From the NCBI GenBank assembly GCA_016926755.1, contig JAFGNZ010000231.1, forward strand, positions 1,008-65,007: a stretch of DNA of 64,000 nucleotides, in the 5' to 3' direction. Source of the DNA: Myxococcaceae bacterium. GTDB lineage: Bacteria > Myxococcota > Myxococcia > Myxococcales > Myxococcaceae. This document shows positions 10,158 to 20,704 of the stretch, piece by piece. Every line of letters begins with the position of its first letter. The stretch's first letter is position 1. The position numbers were made by a program, and so were the translations under genes. Under the pieces are notes generated by a model. That model did no database searches and was not told the origin of the DNA. It saw only the letters and a program-made list of their open reading frames with translations.

Positions 10158-10319
10158 CGCACTTCTCCTTCTTTCGCCTGCGTGACTGACTGCTCGCTAC
10201 ATTGAGCTGCTTCGAGGGCCCCCCTCCCAGGAGAGCCCGAATCTTCGATTGTAGCCGCCGGCTCCGACGACTCCGGCGACCTTCAGCGGACCGGGGGTTT
10301 TCCCCAGGGCTCCACCCCA

Positions 10320-11804
10320 TCACTCCTTGTCGAGCTTGCCGACGAGGGACAGCGTGAAGGAAGCGCCCATGTACTTGAAGTGGGGGCGCACCGAGAGGTT
10401 ACACCGGTACCAGCCCGGCTGCCCCTCCACGTCCTCCACCTTGATCCGGGCCGAGCGCAGCGGCCGCTTGGAGCGCACCGTCGGAGCCGGATCATCCATA
10501 TCCGCCACGTACTGGCCGATCCACTGGTTCAGCTCGCGCTCCAGATCCGCGCGCTCCTTCCAGCTGCCGATCTGCTCGCGCTGCAGCACCTTCAGGTAGT
10601 GCGACAGGCGAGACATGATGAACATGTACGGAAGCTGCGTACCCAGGCGGTAGTTCGTCTCGGCGGCCTTGCCCTCGGGGCTGTTGCCGAAGAACTTGGG
10701 CTTCTGCACGGAGTTGGCCGAGAAGAAGGCGGCGTTGTCCGACTCCTTGCGGAACACCATGCCGATGAAGCCCTCCTCGGACAGCTCGTACTCGCGCCGC
10801 TCGGTGAGGAGCACCTCGGTGGGGATCTTCGTCTGGATCTCCCCCATGGCCTCGTACTGGTGCAGCGGCAGGCTCTCCACCGCGCCACCGGACTGCGGGC
10901 CGATGATGTTGGGGCACCAGCGGTACTTGGCGAACGAGTCCACCACGCGGCTGGTCAGCGCGATGGAGGCGTGCCCCCACAGGTAGCTGTCGTGCTTGCC
11001 GATGACTTCCTCGTTGAAGTTGAAGGACTTCACCGAGATCGTCTTCTCGCCGTAGGGCAGCCGCAGCAGGAAGCGCGGCATGGCCAGGCCCACGTAGCGC
11101 GCGTCCTCGCTCTCGCGGAAGCTGTGCCAGCGCGCGTACTGCGGACCCTCGAACAGCGACTTCAGGTCCTTGAGGCCCGGCAGCTTCAGGAAGGAGGTCT
11201 CCCCGAAGAACTCCGGCGACGCGTTGGCGATGAACGGCGTGTGCGCCATGGCGGCCACCGAGGCGCACTTCTGCAGCAGGGCGGTGTCCTCCGCGCCGGG
11301 CCCGAAGTCGAAGTTGGCGCAGATGGTGCCGTAGGGCTTGCCACCGAACACGCCGTACTCGTTGGAGTAGACCAGGCGGTACAGGCCGGACTTCACCGTC
11401 TCCGGCGCGTCCTCGAAGTCCGTGAGCAGATCTTCCTTGGTGGCATTGAGCATCTCCACCTTGATGTTCTCGCGGAAGTCCGTCCGGTCGATGAGGAACT
11501 TCAGGCCGCGCCAGGCGGACTCCAGCGCCTGGAACTTCGGGTGGTGGAGGATCTCGTTGACCTGCGCGCTCAGCCGCGCATCCACCTCCGCGATCATCGC
11601 GTCCACCAGGGCCTTGTCCACGCGCTCGGCGGTGCGGCCCGGCGCCAGCATCTCCGCGATGAAGGCCTGGACGCCCTTGCGAGCGACGTCATAGCCGTCG
11701 TCGCTGGGCTTCATCTTGGTCTCGGCCAGGATCTCATCGAGCAGGGATCCCTGGCCTTCGACTGTCGTTGCGGCGGCGGTATCCGCCTTGGCTTCAGTGC
11801 TCAT
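10320..11804 (-). CDS. tssC: T6SS contractile sheath large subunit TssC
   Basis: 494 aa with conserved TssC/VipB blocks (LLDEILAETK, FKALESAWRGLKFL, PRFLLRLPYG, CPNIIGPQSGG). Immediately downstream of tssB. Confidence 0.95.
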   Translation of the reverse strand: MSTEAKADTAAATTVEGQGSLLDEILAETKMKPSDDGYDVARKGVQAFIAEMLAPGRTAERVDKALVDAMIAEVDARLSAQVNEILHHPKFQALESAWRGLKFLIDRTDFRENIKVEMLNATKEDLLTDFEDAPETVKSGLYRLVYSNEYGVFGGKPYGTICANFDFGPGAEDTALLQKCASVAAMAHTPFIANASPEFFGETSFLKLPGLKDLKSLFEGPQYARWHSFRESEDARYVGLAMPRFLLRLPYGEKTISVKSFNFNEEVIGKHDSYLWGHASIALTSRVVDSFAKYRWCPNIIGPQSGGAVESLPLHQYEAMGEIQTKIPTEVLLTERREYELSEEGFIGMVFRKESDNAAFFSANSVQKPKFFGNSPEGKAAETNYRLGTQLPYMFIMSRLSHYLKVLQREQIGSWKERADLERELNQWIGQYVADMDDPAPTVRSKRPLRSARIKVEDVEGQPGWYRCNLSVRPHFKYMGASFTLSLVGKLDKE

Positions 11805-11842
11805 CAGTGTTCACGCCTCTCTATGCTTGCGCGGCTGTTGCC

Positions 11843-12346
11843 CTACTCGGGCTTCTTGCCGTTTGCGCCCAGTCCCAGCTCGTCCATCAGCTTCTGGCGA
11901 CCCTCGGTGTCCCCGAGCAGCCCCTGGATCTTCTTGCGGAAGGCCGGCACGTTGCCCAGCGGCCCCTTGAGGGCGTTGAGCGCGGCGCGCAGCTCCAGCA
12001 GCTGCTTGAGCTGGGGCACCTGGTTGACGATGCCCTCGGGGGTGAAGTCGGCCAGCGTCGAGAACTTCAGCGACACCGCCATCTCCGCGCCCTTCTCATG
12101 GGAGAGCTTGTCGTTGACGTTGATGTCCAGCGCGAGGTTCTGCTTGGTCATCACCTCGTTGAAGTTGGACTTGTCGATGTTGATCGGCGCCCGCTCCTCG
12201 ACGGGGCGATCATCCTTGCGGCCGGTGTAATCCCCCACCATGAGGACCTTCAACGGCAGCTCGACCTCCGCCTGCGCGTTGCCGGTATCGGACTTGTAGA
12301 CGATGTTGACGCGCTCTTTCGGCGCGACAGATCCTTCCTTGCTCAC
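11843..12346 (-). CDS. tssB: T6SS contractile sheath small subunit TssB
   Basis: 167 aa. SVAPKERVNIVYKSDTGNAQAEVELPLKVLMVGDYTG is the canonical TssB/VipA N-terminus. Confidence 0.95.
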   Translation of the reverse strand: MSKEGSVAPKERVNIVYKSDTGNAQAEVELPLKVLMVGDYTGRKDDRPVEERAPINIDKSNFNEVMTKQNLALDINVNDKLSHEKGAEMAVSLKFSTLADFTPEGIVNQVPQLKQLLELRAALNALKGPLGNVPAFRKKIQGLLGDTEGRQKLMDELGLGANGKKPE

Positions 12347-12409
12347 CTCATGACCTCCTGGTTGGGGACGACGTTATCCCGCGCGGACTCACCGTAAGAG
12401 GCCCCCCTC

Positions 12410-14029
12410 TCACAGAGACACCCTCAGGGCAGCACTGGGATCGATCAGGCACAGGCGATGATACCGGGCGTTGAACTCTGACACCAGCCCCTCCGGCGAC
12501 TTCGGCGGGGGCTTGGAAACCCCTAATAGTCCCTCGAGGCACTCGGCCGCGAGCGCCGGCTCCCACGCGTCCAGCCCTCGCTCGGTCGCCTCTCGATCGA
12601 GCGCCTCGTAGAGCGCGCGAGCGACATTAGCCTGTCCGCTGGCCGCGCAAAGTTTTGCGAGGGCCAGCCTCGCCCTGAAGCGCTTGCGGCTGGAGGTGGC
12701 GCTCTCCACGCGCTTCTGGAGCAGGGCGATGGCGTCCGGCGCCTTGCCGCTGCCCAGGAGCTTGCGGGCCTCGGCCAGGGCCGCCGCCTCGTCGTCCGTC
12801 CCCTCCCCTCCCGCCTTGCTGACCGCGGCTCCTCCGCCAGCGGCGGGTGGGGCCAGCTCCGACTCGAGCCACGCGCGCGTCTCGCCGCTGGCCGTGGGCG
12901 AGCCATCTCCGAACATGAGCTTGGGCACCGCGGGCATGCGCTTGAGCCACGCCCCCAGCTCCACCAGCAGGGACTGGCGCGCCGGCTGGTAGGTGGGGCC
13001 CAGCTCCGCCAGCGCCCGGGCGCTGAGGTAGTGCAGGTCCACCCAGAAGCGGTGCTGCAGGAGGGCGGACTCGGCCTCCTCCAGCACCTCCGCCCACTTG
13101 CCGTTGGCCGCCATCTTCTCCAGCTGCGTGCGCATCGCGGCGGGCGGCGCGGGGATCGACGTCTTCCCGCTGGCGTCCGCGGGCGGCGGCTGCACCAGGT
13201 GCAGGTACAGGCCCACGCGCAGCATCCGGTAGGACTGCGGATCGGTGGCGACGGCGCGCCGCAGCGTGCCCGCCGCGCTCGCCAGCGCCGAGCCCGTCTG
13301 GCGCAGGAAGTCCGTGGCGCCCTCCGCGCCGGCCATCGTCGCCACGGGTGGCGTGTCGATCGCGGCGGGGGGCGGCGCCGCCGGCGTGGCGGCAGGCGGC
13401 GGCGGGGCCGCGGTGGCGGGCTTCGCCTGAGGAGGAGGCGGCGGCGGGGGCGGCGGGGCCTCCGCGGGCAGCGAAGCCTTGAGGCGCTGGACGCTCTCGA
13501 GCAGCGGCCGGACCGCGGGGCCGTTGGCCTCGAACTTCTGCCGCGCCACCTCGGCCAGCCGCGCGGCGGCGACATCGAGCGCCTCCACGCGCTCGCGCGC
13601 GCTGGCGTCCACCTGCAGATCGGGCAGCGTCTGGGACGCGCGCTCGATCAGCCAGCCCAGCGCGTTGGCGCGGCCGCGCATGCGCGCCAGCTCCGGGAAG
13701 AGGCCCGGCCAGTACCGGTCCATCATCTCGGAGACGACGACCAGGCCGGTGGCCAGCCCATCAATGCCCTGCGTCTGGTACAGGCCGAAGGCCAGGTACG
13801 TGGCGATGCGCAGATCCTTGGAGACGCTCTGGAGCACCTTCCCGCCGGAGTCGAGCACCATGGCCCAGTCCACGGCCCCGCCCGTCACCGACTCGAGCTT
13901 GGCCATCTCGGCGATGACGGCCTCGTACTGAGGGTTCGTCTTCGCCGCGGCGCCGGCCGGAGCCGCCGCGGAGACGGGCTCGATCCAGGTCTTCGCCTTC
14001 TCACGGAGTTCTTCGATCGAGATTGCCAT
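12410..14029 (-). CDS. tssA: T6SS protein TssA (ImpA N-terminal family)
   Basis: 539 aa. ImpA_N-like N-terminus (IEPVSAAAPAG..NPQYEAVIAEMAKLES), a Pro/Ala-rich linker (EAPPPPPPPPPQAKPATAAPPPPAATPAAPPP) and a helical C-terminal domain. It is the first gene upstream of tssB. Confidence 0.8.
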   Translation of the reverse strand: MAISIEELREKAKTWIEPVSAAAPAGAAAKTNPQYEAVIAEMAKLESVTGGAVDWAMVLDSGGKVLQSVSKDLRIATYLAFGLYQTQGIDGLATGLVVVSEMMDRYWPGLFPELARMRGRANALGWLIERASQTLPDLQVDASARERVEALDVAAARLAEVARQKFEANGPAVRPLLESVQRLKASLPAEAPPPPPPPPPQAKPATAAPPPPAATPAAPPPAAIDTPPVATMAGAEGATDFLRQTGSALASAAGTLRRAVATDPQSYRMLRVGLYLHLVQPPPADASGKTSIPAPPAAMRTQLEKMAANGKWAEVLEEAESALLQHRFWVDLHYLSARALAELGPTYQPARQSLLVELGAWLKRMPAVPKLMFGDGSPTASGETRAWLESELAPPAAGGGAAVSKAGGEGTDDEAAALAEARKLLGSGKAPDAIALLQKRVESATSSRKRFRARLALAKLCAASGQANVARALYEALDREATERGLDAWEPALAAECLEGLLGVSKPPPKSPEGLVSEFNARYHRLCLIDPSAALRVSL

Positions 14030-14048
14030 GTCAGCTCCCGCCCGCCCC

Positions 14049-14984
14049 TCAGCTCGAGAACGCGAGGATCAGCGCCTCGGCCGTCGAGCTCTCCTCGTCA
14101 AGGGCGCGCCGCTGGACGACGTTGAGCGATCCCTTCGCGGTCTGGATGGCGTTGGCCGCCTTGGTGCGCAGGGGCCACACCTTCATGCTGGAGTGATCGG
14201 GCCTGGCCAGGTGCATCAGCAAGGACGAGGGCGGCGGCCCGAGCGACACCAGCAGCCGCGGGTTGGGCCCGAAGTGCCAGAACAGCGCCGGGGAGGACGC
14301 GCGCCACACCAGGAGCCGGCGCGCCATCTCCACCCACGGGAAGGGCCCCATCTCCTCGGGGAAGGGGCAGTCCAGCGTCACCCCCGGCTTGGCGGCCTCC
14401 TTGCCTCGCTCGGCGGCGCACGCCATCAGGAAGGTGCGGAACGCGTAGTACTGGGCATCCGGGGCGGCCCCATTCCCGATGAACTGCTTCACCAGCGTCG
14501 AGGCCGGCATCGCCTGCACCCTGCGCCGGTAGGTCTCCGCGGCGGCCGAGTCCCCGCTCGCGTGAGCCCCCAGCGCCTCCACCCGCTTGCCCAGCTCGTC
14601 CGCGGACAGCTTCGCCGCGTCCGCCAGCAGCTGGCGCGCCCCGGCATAGAAGGCCTGGTGGGAGCCATGCAGCGTGGGCGAGTTGCCCGACACCGGGCCC
14701 ACGTCCACCGGCACGTAGACGGTGAGCGGGAAGTGGCGCCCCACCTTGTCGGTGCTGGGGGCCATCATCCCCACCAGCGCCTGGCGTCCGCCGGGCGCGG
14801 TGAAGACGAAGCAGATCGGCTCGGCAGGCAGGGTGAGGTTGGCACGCCGGACGGCCTCGTGCCCCTCCTCCAGCCACTTGTGGAACTGCTGCGAGACGGG
14901 ATCCACCGCGTTCCAGCGGATGAAGTCCCCCTGACAGGGCGCCTTGCCCAGCAGCGCCACGGCGTTTGGCTTTACCCCGAACAT
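14049..14984 (-). CDS. tagF: T6SS-associated protein TagF (DUF2094 type)
   Basis: Track ORF 14049..15320 trimmed to the ATG at 14984 (MFGVKPNAVALLGKAPCQGDFIRWNA...FHKWLEEG). This is the TagF GK-x-P-x-x-GDF start. The longer N-terminal extension is Arg/Gly-rich shadow sequence overlapping tssM. Confidence 0.75.
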   Translation of the reverse strand: MFGVKPNAVALLGKAPCQGDFIRWNAVDPVSQQFHKWLEEGHEAVRRANLTLPAEPICFVFTAPGGRQALVGMMAPSTDKVGRHFPLTVYVPVDVGPVSGNSPTLHGSHQAFYAGARQLLADAAKLSADELGKRVEALGAHASGDSAAAETYRRRVQAMPASTLVKQFIGNGAAPDAQYYAFRTFLMACAAERGKEAAKPGVTLDCPFPEEMGPFPWVEMARRLLVWRASSPALFWHFGPNPRLLVSLGPPPSSLLMHLARPDHSSMKVWPLRTKAANAIQTAKGSLNVVQRRALDEESSTAEALILAFSS

Positions 14985-17900
14985 CCAGCCCCCCTTCCGA
15001 TCGTCCGCGGCGGCACCACGCCAGCCGCGCGGAATGGCTGAAGCATCCCCGTCCCCGGCCCCGGAGAGGTGCCGAAGAACGGCGTGGCGGTACGCGCGGG
15101 GCGGAAGTCGATCACCACGTCCGCGCCCACCGAAGGCATCTTCCACGTCACCGAGAACACGCGCGCGCCCCGGTCCACGTGGGGCGCCCCCGCCTCCATC
15201 AGGCGGAACAGGCCCCACTCGCCCTCCTGATCCAGCGTCTCCACCTGGCCGCGGTTGTTGCGCACCTTGATGAAGGCCCCGGACTTCTTGCCGTCCCCGG
15301 GCCAGCGGAACGCGTGCCACTCCTCGGGGCCGTTCTTGTACTCCACCGAGGTGCCATCCACCGCGAAGGTGATGGAGGCCAGCTGCGGCGAGGGGCGGAT
15401 GTGGATGGTGAAGTTCACCCCGGGCTCGGGGTTGCCGGGCGAGAACAGCGAGGTGGAGATGTCATCCGAGCGCTTGAGGAAGGTGAACAGCGCCGAGTGG
15501 AACGAGGCGCCGCCCACGCCGCGCACGGCCTTGTAGCTGGAGCCCGCCTTGCGCACGTTCTCCTTGAGCGAGGCGGCGTAGAAGCCCCACACCGTGCCGC
15601 TGTCCGGCCGGTAGAAGTCCCCCACGTCCGCCAGCGCCGCGTCATGCCCCGTCTTGTTGAACGGGTAGCGGTTGAGCAGGTTGAGCTTGAAGGGATCCGA
15701 CACCTCGCTGCACCAGGCCTGGTTGAGCTCTCCGCCCACCGCGCCGCTGACGGCGCTGGAGGCCACCTCCAGCGGCGGCATCAGCACCTTGTTGAGGAAC
15801 GGCCGGATGTTGGGATCCTCCTGGCCGTTGATGAGCGACTGGATGGACACCTTCGCGGTGGACAGGCGCGCCACCAGCGCCTTGTTCTCCGCGGGGTTCT
15901 CCACGAACTGGCGGAGCGCGTCCCGCACGAACACCAGCTGCTCCTGGTACAGATCCAGCTGGACGGACTCGGGCGCCGCGTCCTCCGTGGCGGGCTTGGG
16001 CGGCACGCCGAACTTCACCAGCGCGTCGAACGCGGCCTGCACGTGGAGCGCGCTGTACTGGATCTCCCCCGTCTCCTCGCCACCCTGGACGAACCTGGCG
16101 CCCACCGCCATCGCGTCCTTCTGGTTCTTGGACGCCTTCTTCTGGAACACGTCCGTGATCTTCTTGAGCGCGTCCTCGCTGGCCTCCTCCGCGGCGCTCT
16201 TGTTCGGCAGCTTGACGTTGTACGAGAGGGCCTGGAACAGGCGCGCCAGCGGCGGCGGCTTGCCGCGGGTGAACTCCTCCAGCTCCGCGAGCACCTCGGG
16301 CTGCCCGCTCGGCCGCTGCACCTCGATGGAGTCCAGGAAGGCCTGCCACTCGTTGATGTACGACTCGAAGTAGCGCGACTCCAGCCGCTTGATCTGGCGC
16401 TCGATCTCCGCGTCCGGGGTGTTCTTCGTGTCCCGGTTGAGCACCCAGAGATCCGCGTTCTGCAGCGGATTCTCCAGCCGCTCGCGCACCAGCTTGTCCC
16501 AGCCCTTGCGCGTGAAGGCGCTGCGGATCAGGCCCTTGGACTTGATGTTGGCGGTGGTGCCCCCCAGGATGCTGGAGAGCTTCAGATCGAACTCGCGCCC
16601 CGTGTCCGCGATGATCTGGTTGAGCAGCAGCTGCTCGAAGGGGAGCTTGCCCAGCGCCAGCCGCGTGTCATTGATGATCTTGTCGTTGCGCTTGAAGGCC
16701 AGCGACGGATCCTGGGCCAGCAGCTTCACGTAGAGATCCAGGTGCTCGGCGAGCATGCCCTGGCGCTCCTTGCTCTCCGCGAAGCCGGAGCGGTTGCTCC
16801 AGCGCTCGCCCAGGTGGTTGACGATCCACGCGCGCTCGGCCTCGCCGATCGGCGGCTCCGCCTCGGTGCGCGGCCCTGTCAGGAAGAGGTTCAGCTTGAG
16901 CAGGCTGAAGAAGCGCGCGTACTCCCGCTCGTCCGGCGCGCTGCCCTCCTCGCCCGCGTGCTTCTTGGCGAAGGACGTCAGCTCCTTCATGTCCTGCAGC
17001 AGGATGGGCTCCACGAAGGTGCGCCGGACGGCCGCGCCGTAGAACTTGCTCAGCGGCTCGAAGAGCGCGTCCCCGCTGTACATGCCGAACCGCATCCCCG
17101 TGGGCGGCCCCTCGAGCCGGTTCTTGCGCAGCTCGTCGATCCGGTTGCTCAGCACCTTCAGATCCTCCACCGCGATGGAGGCGGTGGAGGCGGCGCTGCC
17201 GCTGCCCTGCTGCGCCAGGAAGAGCTTGCGGGTGTCCTGGATCAGCTCCCGGTTCTGGAAGAAGGCGATCGTCGGGAACAGGAGGATCAGCACCGCCACC
17301 AGCAGCGCGCCGCCCGCATACGCGTACTGCAGCTGGCGCTGGCGCCGATCCTCGGAGGTGCTCTGCACCGCCAGATCCTGATCCGGGAAGATGACGTTGG
17401 CGAAGACGTCCCGCAGGAAGTAGCTGCGTGACTCCACCGCGGAGCTGGAGCTCGTCGGCAGCGCGCTGCGGATGCCGAAGGCGTCCGCCATCGCGTTCAT
17501 CACGCGATCGATCGGGCTGCCCTCCTGCGTGCCGCTGGTGAAGTACACCCCGCGCATCACCGGCGTGTCCTGGTACACGTTCTCCGCGAAGAGCGTCTGC
17601 ACCATCGCCGCGATGTTCTCGCGCAGCCCGTCGAACTGCTGCGGGAAGCGGTAGATGCGCTCGCGCGTCTCCGGGTGGCGCTCCTGGCCCATCCGCTGGA
17701 TGGAGCGCTGCTCCACCACCTCGGACAGCTCCGAGAAGCGCTCCTTGAAGATCTCTCCCAGATCCTCGCCCTTGTCCGCCACCGGGGTGGTGAAGCCCCA
17801 GATCTGGCCGCGGTCGGACTTGGACAGATCGCCGAAGATGTCCACGAAGCCAGCCAGCAGGTCGCACTTGGTGAACAGCAGGTAGACGGGGACGATCATC

Positions 17901-18610
17901 TTCAATCGCTCCATCACCTCGTCCACGCGCTCGCGCAGCCGCTGCGCCAGCTGGATCGTCTCCTCCTCGTCGATGCCGATGATGTCGCCCACGCTGACCG
18001 CGACGATGAGGCCGTTGACCGGCTTCTTCGCGCGGTTGCGCTTGAGCATGTCCAGGAACGAGAACCACTCGTCCCGATCATCCTCCTCGGTGGTGTAGCG
18101 GCCGGCGGTGTCGAGGATGACGGCCTCGTTGGTGAGCCACCACTCGCAGTTGCGCGTGCCGCCCACGCCCTTCACGCCGCCGCCGCGCGCGGACAGGTAC
18201 GGGAACTTGATGCCCGAGTTGCGCAGCGCCGTGCTCTTCCCGGAGCCCGGCGGGCCGATGATCATGTACCAGGGCAGGACGGAGAGGGCCTCCTTGCCGC
18301 CCCGGCCCCGCGCCAGCTTGGAGGACTTGAGCGAGGCGATGGCCTTGGCGAACTCGGCCTGCATCGCCTGGACCTCTTCCTGCAGGTCCGGCCGGGCGTT
18401 CTGGGCATCCGCGGAGGCCTGGGCCGCCAGCGCCTTCTCGATGTCACCCGCGGCCTTGGCGGCCTTGATGTGCCGCATCGCGACGATCGCGATCAGCACC
18501 AGGATGATGAGGGTGGTCGCCGCGATGGCGATCCAGATCGGCAGCTGGAACACCAGGACGACCGCCCAGAGGGCCGCGGCCACCAGCGCGGCAATGATGT
18601 ACTTGAACAT
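14972..18610 (-). CDS. tssM: T6SS membrane complex protein TssM (IcmF)
   Basis: 1212 aa. N-terminal TM helices, Walker A GPPGSGKST, and a long periplasmic IcmF-related region. It follows tssL. Confidence 0.95.
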   Translation of the reverse strand: MFKYIIAALVAAALWAVVLVFQLPIWIAIAATTLIILVLIAIVAMRHIKAAKAAGDIEKALAAQASADAQNARPDLQEEVQAMQAEFAKAIASLKSSKLARGRGGKEALSVLPWYMIIGPPGSGKSTALRNSGIKFPYLSARGGGVKGVGGTRNCEWWLTNEAVILDTAGRYTTEEDDRDEWFSFLDMLKRNRAKKPVNGLIVAVSVGDIIGIDEEETIQLAQRLRERVDEVMERLKMIVPVYLLFTKCDLLAGFVDIFGDLSKSDRGQIWGFTTPVADKGEDLGEIFKERFSELSEVVEQRSIQRMGQERHPETRERIYRFPQQFDGLRENIAAMVQTLFAENVYQDTPVMRGVYFTSGTQEGSPIDRVMNAMADAFGIRSALPTSSSSAVESRSYFLRDVFANVIFPDQDLAVQSTSEDRRQRQLQYAYAGGALLVAVLILLFPTIAFFQNRELIQDTRKLFLAQQGSGSAASTASIAVEDLKVLSNRIDELRKNRLEGPPTGMRFGMYSGDALFEPLSKFYGAAVRRTFVEPILLQDMKELTSFAKKHAGEEGSAPDEREYARFFSLLKLNLFLTGPRTEAEPPIGEAERAWIVNHLGERWSNRSGFAESKERQGMLAEHLDLYVKLLAQDPSLAFKRNDKIINDTRLALGKLPFEQLLLNQIIADTGREFDLKLSSILGGTTANIKSKGLIRSAFTRKGWDKLVRERLENPLQNADLWVLNRDTKNTPDAEIERQIKRLESRYFESYINEWQAFLDSIEVQRPSGQPEVLAELEEFTRGKPPPLARLFQALSYNVKLPNKSAAEEASEDALKKITDVFQKKASKNQKDAMAVGARFVQGGEETGEIQYSALHVQAAFDALVKFGVPPKPATEDAAPESVQLDLYQEQLVFVRDALRQFVENPAENKALVARLSTAKVSIQSLINGQEDPNIRPFLNKVLMPPLEVASSAVSGAVGGELNQAWCSEVSDPFKLNLLNRYPFNKTGHDAALADVGDFYRPDSGTVWGFYAASLKENVRKAGSSYKAVRGVGGASFHSALFTFLKRSDDISTSLFSPGNPEPGVNFTIHIRPSPQLASITFAVDGTSVEYKNGPEEWHAFRWPGDGKKSGAFIKVRNNRGQVETLDQEGEWGLFRLMEAGAPHVDRGARVFSVTWKMPSVGADVVIDFRPARTATPFFGTSPGPGTGMLQPFRAAGVVPPRTIGRGAGCSG

Positions 18611-18622
18611 CCGCGGGCTCCG

Positions 18623-19318
18623 TCAGGGCTGGGCAGGTGTGGAAGAAGTGGTAGAGGCGGCCTCGATCTCCTCGACGAGCGAGGAGGTGCTGCTGCTCAT
18701 CCCGAGCCGCAGCCCGCCGTAGACCAGCAGCGCGAAGGCGACGACGCCGCCGGAGATGGCCAGCAGCGGCAAGGTCCGCTTGGCCGTCCTCAGGCTGCCC
18801 CCGGGGCGCTCCCCGCTGGGCGACAGCGTCTCCGTGTCGAACTTGAAGGAGGGCGCCAGATCCCGCTGGAGCTGCTCGATGAGCTGCATCAGCTCCAGCT
18901 CGCCGCCGCGCACCCGGTAGCGGCCCTGGAAGCCGAACACCAGGCACAGGTAGTAGGCGCGCAGCGCCTCCGTGCGCCGGGGATCCCTGCGGATCTCCTG
19001 GAGCTTGGTGAAGAAGCCCTCGCCGGCGCGGTTCTCCTTGAAGTACTGGAACTGCAGCAGGTTGCCCAGCCAGTAGTCTCGGAACTCGTCGGACTTGCTC
19101 AGGGCCAGCTCGTCCGCGAGCGCCACCAGGGCGTAGGCGATGTCATCCACGTCCTGCTGGGGCAGCCCCTCGTCCCGGGCTTTGCGCATCATGTCGCTGA
19201 CGAAGGAGCGCAGGCGCTGCTGGACCTGCTCCGGGGAGGGCAGATCCGCGGGCTCCGCCTGGCGGATCTGCAGCAGCGCGCCGAAGCAGTCCTTGGTGAT
19301 GAGGTTGAGTCGATCCAT
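18623..19318 (-). CDS. tssL: T6SS membrane complex protein TssL (DotU), no peptidoglycan-binding extension
   Basis: 231 aa. DotU-type cytoplasmic domain (DDIAYALVALADELAL..YWLGNLLQFQYF) and one C-terminal TM helix (LPLLAISGGVVAFALLVYGGL). Only a short Ser/Thr-rich tail follows. Confidence 0.9.
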   Translation of the reverse strand: MDRLNLITKDCFGALLQIRQAEPADLPSPEQVQQRLRSFVSDMMRKARDEGLPQQDVDDIAYALVALADELALSKSDEFRDYWLGNLLQFQYFKENRAGEGFFTKLQEIRRDPRRTEALRAYYLCLVFGFQGRYRVRGGELELMQLIEQLQRDLAPSFKFDTETLSPSGERPGGSLRTAKRTLPLLAISGGVVAFALLVYGGLRLGMSSSTSSLVEEIEAASTTSSTPAQP

Positions 19319-19321
19319 GTG

Positions 19322-20704
19322 TCAGCGCCCCCTGCTGCCTTCCTTCTTGCCGGGCACGGCCATCAGCTCCAGCTTCGTCCGCGTGGGATCGAAGGGCTGA
19401 GGCAGGTAGATGGCGAGCGTCTGATCCTTGATCGCGTCCTTCCAGTACCGATCCGTGATGTTGAGCGAGAAGTAGACGACCTTCGGCTTGACGGGGATCT
19501 CCGGAGGCGGCCGGAACGTCACCTCCAGGGGCACGCCGGGCGTGGCGGCCTGGATGATGTTGTGGATCTCGTCCCAGCTGGCGATCTTCGCCAGGGCCGG
19601 GAGCTGATCGGCCGTCTGCTGCTCGGGCAGCTCGCTCTTCACCGCGAGGATGAAGTGGCTGCAGCGCGGCAGCCGCTCGTCCTCCAGCCGCCCCAGGTGC
19701 ATGCCGTCCTTGCGGGACTCCAGCGCCACGGCGATGGACTGATCCAGCGCCACCGAGCGCAGCAGCCCGTCCAGCCGCACGAAGAGCCCCTCGAAGGTGG
19801 CGCGCAGGTTGGTGTACAGGAACTTGGGCAGGTTGGCCGGATCCGCGTCCGCGGAGAAGGTGGACAGCTGCCCGGCGGCCTGGCTCAGCAGCAGGTAGAG
19901 GAACTGCGGAGACATGTCCGCCGCCTCCACCGCGTGGGCCACCTGGGGGATCAGCCCGTTGAGCGCGCTGAGCTGGAGGAACTTCGTCACGTCCGCGCCG
20001 GTGAACTCCAGCGAGGCCTCGTCCCGGTGGCGCCGCGTGTCGGCCAGCTCCCGCTGCTTGCCGTGCATGGACTTGAGCAGGTTGCGCAGGCTGGCGAGGA
20101 TGTAGGGCGAGGCGGAGATCCGCAGGCACGGGGGGATGTAGGTGGGCGACAGCGTCGCCGCGCCCGTCTTGTCCCGCACCAGCTCCGCGATCTTGATGAC
20201 CTCGTAGTCCTCGCGTGGCTCGGTGCCGAAGAGGAAGCGGATGTTGCGGTGCGCGAAGGCCACCGAGGCCACCGACTCGGTGGTGATCAGATCCGCCACG
20301 GAGCGGTTCACCACGCGGAAGCGCGGCGAGGTGGTGGAGCCGTTCGGATCGCCATAGCTGGCCACCCCGTCCCGCTCGCGCGCCAGGCCCAGGTACACGT
20401 CCAGCGACTTCTTCGAGGCGCCGAAGTGCTCCTCGATGGGGCGGGCCTGGGGCTCCTCCGGCTGGCCGCGCTCGAACGTCACGGGCAGGCCGTCCGGGAG
20501 GATGCCGAAGAAGCGCAGCAGCTGGAACTGCCCGCTCGCCAGCGCCTTCTCGTCCACCTCCATCTCCACCACGCCCCAGTCATAGGGCGACAGCGCCCCG
20601 AGCCGGGCCGCCAGCAGGGACTCATGGTAGAGATCCGCCTGCTGCAGGTGCTGGGGATTCATGAACATCCCCTCGGACCACACGACACGCTGAGGAATCT
20701 TCAT
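19322..20704 (-). CDS. tssK: T6SS baseplate protein TssK
   Basis: Track ORF 19322..21001 trimmed to the ATG at 20704 (MKIPQRVVWSEGMFMNPQHLQQADLYHE), the canonical TssK start. This makes an ATGA overlap with the tssJ stop at 20701. Confidence 0.9.
   Translation of the reverse strand: MKIPQRVVWSEGMFMNPQHLQQADLYHESLLAARLGALSPYDWGVVEMEVDEKALASGQFQLLRFFGILPDGLPVTFERGQPEEPQARPIEEHFGASKKSLDVYLGLARERDGVASYGDPNGSTTSPRFRVVNRSVADLITTESVASVAFAHRNIRFLFGTEPREDYEVIKIAELVRDKTGAATLSPTYIPPCLRISASPYILASLRNLLKSMHGKQRELADTRRHRDEASLEFTGADVTKFLQLSALNGLIPQVAHAVEAADMSPQFLYLLLSQAAGQLSTFSADADPANLPKFLYTNLRATFEGLFVRLDGLLRSVALDQSIAVALESRKDGMHLGRLEDERLPRCSHFILAVKSELPEQQTADQLPALAKIASWDEIHNIIQAATPGVPLEVTFRPPPEIPVKPKVVYFSLNITDRYWKDAIKDQTLAIYLPQPFDPTRTKLELMAVPGKKEGSRGR

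Noticed and set aside
14985-15320. Long N-terminal extensions on the track ORFs for tagF (to 15320), tssK (to 21001), tssG (to 7469), the lipoprotein at 889 (to 2061), lon (from 52125), imuA (to 48419), the DUF4397 gene (from 42455) and others.
   Set aside because: The extensions are Arg/Gly/Ala-rich, overlap the preceding genes, and precede internal starts that give canonical family N-termini, signal peptides, RBS motifs or ATGA stop/start coupling. The shorter forms were used.
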